A stretch of DNA of 64,000 nucleotides, from positions 96,001 through 160,000 of the forward strand of contig JAYOYH010000002.1 of assembly GCA_038153405.1 (NCBI GenBank), given 5' to 3'. This document shows, in pieces, positions 58,456 through 64,000 of this stretch (positions are counted from its first letter, which is position 1; every line of letters starts with the position of its first letter). The position numbers and the translations under genes are program-made. This stretch comes from Gemmatimonadota bacterium (GTDB taxonomy: Bacteria > Latescibacterota > UBA2968 > UBA8231). Below the pieces are notes generated by a model. It worked only from the letters and a program-made list of their open reading frames with translations. It was not told the DNA's origin and did not search any database.

Positions 58456-59229
58456 ATGTTCCTCGCCATAGATATCGGCAATACCAACGTCGACCTCGGC
58501 CTTTTTTCAGACGAGGTGTTGGTCGCTCACAGCAAAGTGCCAACCCATCTTTCGGCCAGCTCGAACGGTCACCCTGCGCAGCTGCAGCACTTTGTCGAAG
58601 AACACGCCTCGTTGGCCGCCGTCCAATGCGCTCTAGTCGCCTCTGTCGTCAGCGATCTCGGTCCTCTCTTTGTCGAGCACTGCCGGCAAAAGGGCCTAAC
58701 AGCCCAGCAGATCGACAGTCGTTGGGACCTGGGTCTGCACATCGACTACGATCACCCCGAACGCGTTGGCATCGACCGCCTGCTGGCCGCAGCGGCGGCC
58801 TTTGCAGAGACTCCAGATCAAACGGCCGTCGTCGTGGCCGATGCGGGCACCGCCATTACCGTTGATGTCGTGTCCGCCGACGGCACCTTTCTCGGCGGCG
58901 CTATCGCCCCCGGATTGCGCATGATGCTCGGTGCCCTGCGCGCAGGGACCAGCCTGCTACCGCACATCGAACTTACTGAAAATGCCGTGCTGCCGGGGAA
59001 AAACACCCCGGACGGCATGCGCGCGGGGGTCCTCTATGGCGCAGCGGAAATAGTCGATGGCCTGTGCCAACGCCTGCGCGCGACGCAACCTTCTAACACC
59101 AGCAGCGTGCTGACGGGTGGCGATGCAAATCAGCTCTTTGCCCTCACTCGTCACATCGAGCGCTGCGAAAGCGACCTCGTGCTGCGCGGCCTGCATTTAG
59201 CCTTCGCGCGCAGCAAGTTGACGCTATGA
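58456..59229 (+). CDS. coaX: Type III pantothenate kinase
   Basis: LAIDIGNT, ASVV, VGIDR, DAGTAITVD, FLGGAIAPG, LTGG. Confidence 0.95.
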   Translation: MFLAIDIGNTNVDLGLFSDEVLVAHSKVPTHLSASSNGHPAQLQHFVEEHASLAAVQCALVASVVSDLGPLFVEHCRQKGLTAQQIDSRWDLGLHIDYDHPERVGIDRLLAAAAAFAETPDQTAVVVADAGTAITVDVVSADGTFLGGAIAPGLRMMLGALRAGTSLLPHIELTENAVLPGKNTPDGMRAGVLYGAAEIVDGLCQRLRATQPSNTSSVLTGGDANQLFALTRHIERCESDLVLRGLHLAFARSKLTL

Positions 59230-59284
59230 TATATATTCAGTATTATCAGCCGTTTAACGGAGAGTAGACCGACTCATCGGTGCA

Positions 59285-61183
59285 ATGCAAAGGAGTCCCA
59301 CATTGAGCGCCTTCACCCGCTTTTCCACGATGTTGTTCGCCTGCATGGCCATCGCCTATCCCGCCCAGGCTGCACCCTCTATTGACCAACAGTATAAAGA
59401 CATCCTCTGGCCCATCGCCCAGCGCATCCACGAATACTACTTTGAAGAGATTTCCCCCGACACCTTAATGCAGGCAGCGGCGCGCGGCCTCTTTGCCGCC
59501 ATGGACCCGGCTTCCGACTACGAAATCGATACGGACGCCATGGACGCATCGGCCCACCCACGCAAACTGTTGGCCAACCGTTTCACCACGCTAATGCAGG
59601 TGGCCAGAAGCCTCGACCAGCAGGCCTTCTACCAAACGCCGGCCGACACGCTGGTCCGCTTTGGCATCGCCGGCATGATGCAGATACTCGACCCGTACTC
59701 CGTCTTCCTCGAGAAGCGCAATCTCGACAATTTTAATATTCAGACGCAGGGAAAATACGGCGGTCTGGGCTTCCGCATTCAGGTCGTGCGTCCGGACAGC
59801 GCCATCGCCGTGTGGAGCCTGCTGCACGAAAATACGCCGGCCGCACGCGCCGGCATCAAGTCGGGCGATCTCATCTTGGCCATAGACGGCGAGAGCACCA
59901 AAGAGATGTCGGCCGGCGACGCAGCCGATAAAATGCGCGGCGAGCCCAACACACCCGTCACCCTGACGCTGCGACGAGCCGGCGTAGAAGAGCCCTTTGA
60001 CCTAGCGGTCGTGCGCGAAGAAGTCACAATGGGCAGCATCGCCGTCGATGCACTCTTTGCCGACTCGACGGGCTATGTAAAGCTCGATCGATTCCAGCGC
60101 AACTGCAGCGTCGAACTGCGCGACGCACTGCTGTCGCTGCGCGAACGCGGCATGAAACGGATTATTTTTGACCTGCGCGGCAACGGCGGAGGCTATCTCG
60201 ACGAAGCCGTCGAGATCGTCGATCTCTTTCTTCCAGAGGAACGTCTCATCGTCTTTACCGCTGGTCGCGCCTTCCAGGACACGACGAAGTACCTCACCTC
60301 GCAGCCTGCGCTCTTTGCCGACGAACCGCTCATCGTACTGGTCAATGGCCAATCGGCCTCGGCCTCCGAAATCGTCGCTGGCGCCATTCAGGATTGGGAC
60401 CGTGGACTGGTGCTCGGTTCGACGACCGTCGGCAAGGGCTCGGTCCAGCAGGTCGTGCAAATCGACGATCACTCCGAGCTTAAACTGACGATGGCCGCTT
60501 GGCACACGCCTTCGGGCCGCTCCATCGACAAGCGCATGCGCAAAGATTCGACGCTGGTCAACGATCCGGCCACGCCCTTTCACACCAAAATACTGGAGCG
60601 CGTTGTGCGCGGTGGCGGCGCCATCACTCCAGACGTGAGCGGAACCACGCGCAAGGGCAGCCGTCTCTGGTGGCAGCTCAACGGCTTTTCGAGCCTCAAC
60701 AACCAGTTTTTTTACTATGCGCGCCAATACCAGGTTACCCATCCTGAACTCACCCCCGAGTTTCGCGCCGACGACGAGACCTTTGCCGAGTTTCGCGCGT
60801 TTGCAGAGCAACGCGACTTCGAGTACGTCAGCGAAGCGGAGGCCCACGTCAACGAGTTGGAGGAAATGGCCCAGGGCGACGACTTCGAAGAGTTGGAGAC
60901 GCCCATCGCCAAACTGATCGAAAAAATCGACCGCGTCGAGGAAAAACACTGGGAGGAAAACAGGGAGCTCATTCTCTGGCGGCTGACCTATGCCATCCTA
61001 GAAAAGGCCTACGGCGTGCGCCAAGCCGAGGACTACAACGCCACCGTAGATCCGCAGGTACTCGAAGCGCAACAGATTATAGCAACGCCCGTAGACTACG
61101 AGCATTGGTTCCAAGTAGAAGAGATCGGCATCGGCAACGACGAACCCGTCGCTCAGGACGCCGAAGCACAGGACGTGCAATAG
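59285..61183 (+). CDS. S41 carboxy-terminal processing protease (Prc/CtpA-like) with PDZ domain
   Basis: Signal peptide; LDPYS, PDZ (YGGLG...PAARAGIKSGD), DLRGNGGG, SASASEIVAG, GKGSVQ, TPSGR. Confidence 0.93.
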   Translation: MQRSPTLSAFTRFSTMLFACMAIAYPAQAAPSIDQQYKDILWPIAQRIHEYYFEEISPDTLMQAAARGLFAAMDPASDYEIDTDAMDASAHPRKLLANRFTTLMQVARSLDQQAFYQTPADTLVRFGIAGMMQILDPYSVFLEKRNLDNFNIQTQGKYGGLGFRIQVVRPDSAIAVWSLLHENTPAARAGIKSGDLILAIDGESTKEMSAGDAADKMRGEPNTPVTLTLRRAGVEEPFDLAVVREEVTMGSIAVDALFADSTGYVKLDRFQRNCSVELRDALLSLRERGMKRIIFDLRGNGGGYLDEAVEIVDLFLPEERLIVFTAGRAFQDTTKYLTSQPALFADEPLIVLVNGQSASASEIVAGAIQDWDRGLVLGSTTVGKGSVQQVVQIDDHSELKLTMAAWHTPSGRSIDKRMRKDSTLVNDPATPFHTKILERVVRGGGAITPDVSGTTRKGSRLWWQLNGFSSLNNQFFYYARQYQVTHPELTPEFRADDETFAEFRAFAEQRDFEYVSEAEAHVNELEEMAQGDDFEELETPIAKLIEKIDRVEEKHWEENRELILWRLTYAILEKAYGVRQAEDYNATVDPQVLEAQQIIATPVDYEHWFQVEEIGIGNDEPVAQDAEAQDVQ

Positions 61184-61189
61184 AACGCC

Positions 61190-62419
61190 GTGTCGCTCTT
61201 CCAGCGGCCCGCGCTGTGGCTGGGTATTGGCCTGGCACTACACCTCGTTTTCCTCGCCGCGCTCTTTGGCGACTGGCTGCGCCCGCTCTTTAACGACGCC
61301 TCGCATACGCGCCGCGGCTTTGACTTCGGCGTGTTTTACCTTGCCGGTCAGGCCCTTGTTCAACACCGCGACATCTACGCCGTAGAAGGCGGCTTTGGCT
61401 ATCGCTACCTGCCAGTCTTTGCGCAGACCTTCGGCCGCCTCTACGCGCTCTTGGCCCCCCTGCCAGCTTACGTGCTGCACCTATGCATAGGCGAAGTGCT
61501 GCTAGCGGCCAATCTCTGGCTGACCTGGCGCCAGTGCAGCCAACCGCTGCTGCGCGCCCGCGCCGTCTGCATGTGGCTGGCCTTCTCTCCCTATTTTCTC
61601 GAAATGTATATTGGCCAGGTTAGCTTCTGGGCCGCCTCTGCTCTGCACTGGCTGCTAGCGGCTCTGCGCGACAACAAACCCTATCGACAGGCCGCCATTT
61701 GGGCCACATCCATATTGATCAAGCCCAATATGCTCATTCTGCTGCCCGCCCTGCTGCGGCTGCGCTGCCTGCAGGCTGCCGGCCTCGCCCTCGCCGCCGC
61801 CGGCCTGGCCTCTCTACCCTATTTTCTTAGCCATCCCAATGCCTTGACCAGCTTTGTGCAGACCAATTTGCAGGCCGGGCACTTTAAAGGCGCCCTGACG
61901 CACGCCGGCAACATCGGCCTATGGGGCAGTTTGGTGCGCATGGGGGCCCATTTCAGCAGCGCACCGCTAGGCGAATTGACCACGCTCGCCGATCTACCCC
62001 TGTGGGCAGCGCTGCCCGCCTATGCAGCGCCCGCGCTGGGCTCGCTGGCCGCGCTCTATGTATCGTGGCGCAGCCGATCGGAAGATCCGGTATTGCATTT
62101 GAGCCTCTGGATGATTACTTACTTTCTGGTATACAAGGACGTGTGGGAACACCACTATGTGTTCGTTCTCCCCATCATAATAGCGCTCTATACGCGCAGA
62201 GCAGACGCGCGCCTCATGTGCCTATACGCCGCACTTGCCCTGCCGACTCCCTTTGTTTTCTTCGACGTCCAGCCGGGTGTTTACGGGCCCATCGATCCAG
62301 AGCGCTCGTGGGATATGGCGACTTCGCTCATCTACCGCAGCGCCAAACTCGTCCCTACACTCCTGCTGTGGGGCTACGTCGCCCAACGCCTGCACAGCAC
62401 TGAGTCAGAATGTAATTAA
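61190..62419 (+). CDS. GT87 (DUF2029)-like GT-C glycosyltransferase
   Basis: DFGVFYLAG, YRYLP, IGQVS, IKP, VWEHHYV; polytopic membrane protein. Confidence 0.75.
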   Translation: MSLFQRPALWLGIGLALHLVFLAALFGDWLRPLFNDASHTRRGFDFGVFYLAGQALVQHRDIYAVEGGFGYRYLPVFAQTFGRLYALLAPLPAYVLHLCIGEVLLAANLWLTWRQCSQPLLRARAVCMWLAFSPYFLEMYIGQVSFWAASALHWLLAALRDNKPYRQAAIWATSILIKPNMLILLPALLRLRCLQAAGLALAAAGLASLPYFLSHPNALTSFVQTNLQAGHFKGALTHAGNIGLWGSLVRMGAHFSSAPLGELTTLADLPLWAALPAYAAPALGSLAALYVSWRSRSEDPVLHLSLWMITYFLVYKDVWEHHYVFVLPIIIALYTRRADARLMCLYAALALPTPFVFFDVQPGVYGPIDPERSWDMATSLIYRSAKLVPTLLLWGYVAQRLHSTESECN

Positions 62420-62584
62420 ACATTTGTTTTTAATTGTTTTAAATAAAGGTGAAAGCCGCGCCGATAGAAGACAAAATACAGGCACACACCTTGATATTAC
62501 TGCCTATCTCGTTTATTATACTCTTCTTATACTCTCTTCCATTGCTGCGGGAACGCATTGAATACCGTCGCACGATAAGACTAC

Positions 62585-63514
62585 ATGGCAAATGCACTCC
62601 AGGGCCGTCGTCGCCTGCCCTCCTGGCTGAAGGCCAAGGCACCGGGGACACCCAACTACATCGACATCAAGAAGCTGGTAGCTGAAAAGCGCCTGCACAC
62701 CGTTTGCGAGAGTGCCCACTGCCCCAATATCGGCGAGTGCTGGGGCCAGCGCACGGCCACGTTTATGATCCTCGGTGATATTTGCACGCGCAGCTGCGGT
62801 TTTTGCGCCATCAAAACCGGCAGACCGCAGTGGCTGGACGAGGGCGAACCCGAACGCGTCGCCGAGGCCGTGGCCTACCTCGATCTACGCCACGCCGTCA
62901 TTACCTCCGTCAATCGCGACGAATTGCCCGACGGCGGGGCGAGCGTTTTTGCTCGCACGCTCGAAGCACTGCATCGCCTCTGCCCGCAGACGACGGTCGA
63001 AGTGCTGATCCCCGACTTTCAGGGCAACTGGGACGCGTTGGAGACCGTTCTGCAGGCCGGTCCGGATATCCTCAACCACAATATCGAAACGGTGCCCCGG
63101 CTCTATTTTAAGATGCGGCCACAAGCCAAGTATGCACGCTCGCTAGAACTGCTCAATCGCGCGCGCACGGTCGGACCGGCCCCGACCAAATCGGGGATGA
63201 TGCTGGGAGCCGGCGAGCGCGATGACGAGATCGCCCAAACCATTGACGATCTGGCCTCCGTCGGCTGCGCCATTTTGACCTTGGGCCAGTATCTGAGTCC
63301 CTCCGCTCAGCACGTACCTGTCGAGCGCTACGTCGAGCCCGACGAGTTCGACCGCTGGTACCACTACGCCATGCAGCGCGGATTCCGCCACGTAGAATCC
63401 GGACCGCTCGTGCGTTCGTCCTATCACGCCGAAGCACAGGTCGATGAAGCGACGCGGCGCGCCGATGCACACGACCTACTGTCCGTAGCCCCCTTACCCA
63501 TTGAGAAAGAGTAA
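62585..63514 (+). CDS. lipA: Lipoyl synthase
   Basis: CESAHCPNIGEC, CTRSCGFC, NHNIETV, GQYL, SGPLVRSSYHA. Confidence 0.98.
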   Translation: MANALQGRRRLPSWLKAKAPGTPNYIDIKKLVAEKRLHTVCESAHCPNIGECWGQRTATFMILGDICTRSCGFCAIKTGRPQWLDEGEPERVAEAVAYLDLRHAVITSVNRDELPDGGASVFARTLEALHRLCPQTTVEVLIPDFQGNWDALETVLQAGPDILNHNIETVPRLYFKMRPQAKYARSLELLNRARTVGPAPTKSGMMLGAGERDDEIAQTIDDLASVGCAILTLGQYLSPSAQHVPVERYVEPDEFDRWYHYAMQRGFRHVESGPLVRSSYHAEAQVDEATRRADAHDLLSVAPLPIEKE

Positions 63515-63522
63515 AGGCGCGA

Positions 63523-64000
63523 ATGAATCTGGAAAAAAAATCTCTATCCGGTTACCTGCAACGCAAAAAGCTCATCACGCGCGGCACGCCCATCCGCGTG
63601 CAGACTCTGGGCGACGGCATGAAGAATCGCGTCTACTACGTTGCTGCTCCCAAGGAGGCATGGATCGTCAAGCAGGCCCACTCGCGCGTGCAGATCAAAG
63701 AGCGCTGGTGGGTCGATCGCAGGCGCATTTTCGCCGAAGACACCTGCATTGACATTCTGCGCCAATTTTTGCCGCCGGAAATTATTCCGCAGACCGTCTT
63801 AGTCGATCGCACGGACTTCGTATTGATAACTACACCACCGCCCGATAACGCCGTGCTGTGGGAGGACGATCTGGCCAGGGGGCGCATCGATCTGCAGATT
63901 GCTGTGCAGTGCGGCGAATTGCTGGCGACGGTGCACAACGAAACGGCCGAGCACCCCGAACTCAAGACGATGTTCAAAGACACCAAGGCCTTTGAGCAAT
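63523..64000 (+). CDS. APH/choline-kinase-fold phosphotransferase (MtnK-like); runs off the window edge
   Basis: Not in the ORF track. Manual translation gives MNLEKKSLSGYL...LGDGMKNRVYYV...WIVKQA...RIFAE...GELLATVHN, open to the end of the window. Confidence 0.7.
   Translation, partial: MNLEKKSLSGYLQRKKLITRGTPIRVQTLGDGMKNRVYYVAAPKEAWIVKQAHSRVQIKERWWVDRRRIFAEDTCIDILRQFLPPEIIPQTVLVDRTDFVLITTPPPDNAVLWEDDLARGRIDLQIAVQCGELLATVHNETAEHPELKTMFKDTKAFEQ

Noticed and set aside
60002..60949. 315-aa minus-strand ORF
   Set aside because: Antisense shadow of the S41 protease
62439..62719. Small ORFs in the AT-rich region upstream of lipA
   Set aside because: No clear RBS or motif, and they overlap lipA; more likely promoter DNA
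1..64000. CRISPR arrays, IS elements, prophage, rRNA
   Set aside because: No regularly spaced repeats, transposase, integrase or phage genes, or rRNA-like sequence seen by eye

Overview
A mostly GC-rich, gene-dense chromosomal segment from a diderm (Gram-negative-type) bacterium, judged from an LptE-like lipoprotein, a beta-barrel-like protein, DsbD and several lipoboxes. The gene mix would fit an FCB-type candidate phylum such as Latescibacterota, but that is only a guess. It holds about 58 CDS and one tRNA-Thr(TGT). Core genes include uvrB, dnaK, gnd, pgi, aroA, rarA, gdhA, coaX, lipA, galU, mug and fluC, mixed with carbohydrate and sulfate-ester catabolic genes. I see no integrase, transposase, prophage or CRISPR array. 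The one clear compositional anomaly is an AT-richer block at about 53.0-56.26 kb (GT-C, GT2, methyltransferase). Best leads: (1) a siroheme sulfite/nitrite reductase with a HEPN-like tail and Cys motifs in both halves, followed by an uncharacterised 192-aa protein and a 7Fe ferredoxin; (2) an operon joining an Nramp-like transporter, a PncC/CinA-like + NadD-like fusion, an M20 deacylase and NnrE; (3) TPP E1alpha/beta coupled to an SDR with no adjacent E2/E3; (4) a MerR-HTH/receiver fusion behind tandem sigma28-like and sigma70 promoters; (5) a solitary dnaK whose sigma54-type promoter is nested in a degenerate CIRCE; (6) a YfiR-kinase-hybrid kinase relay with a displaced phospho-His. All calls come from motif recognition by eye; no database search was run.
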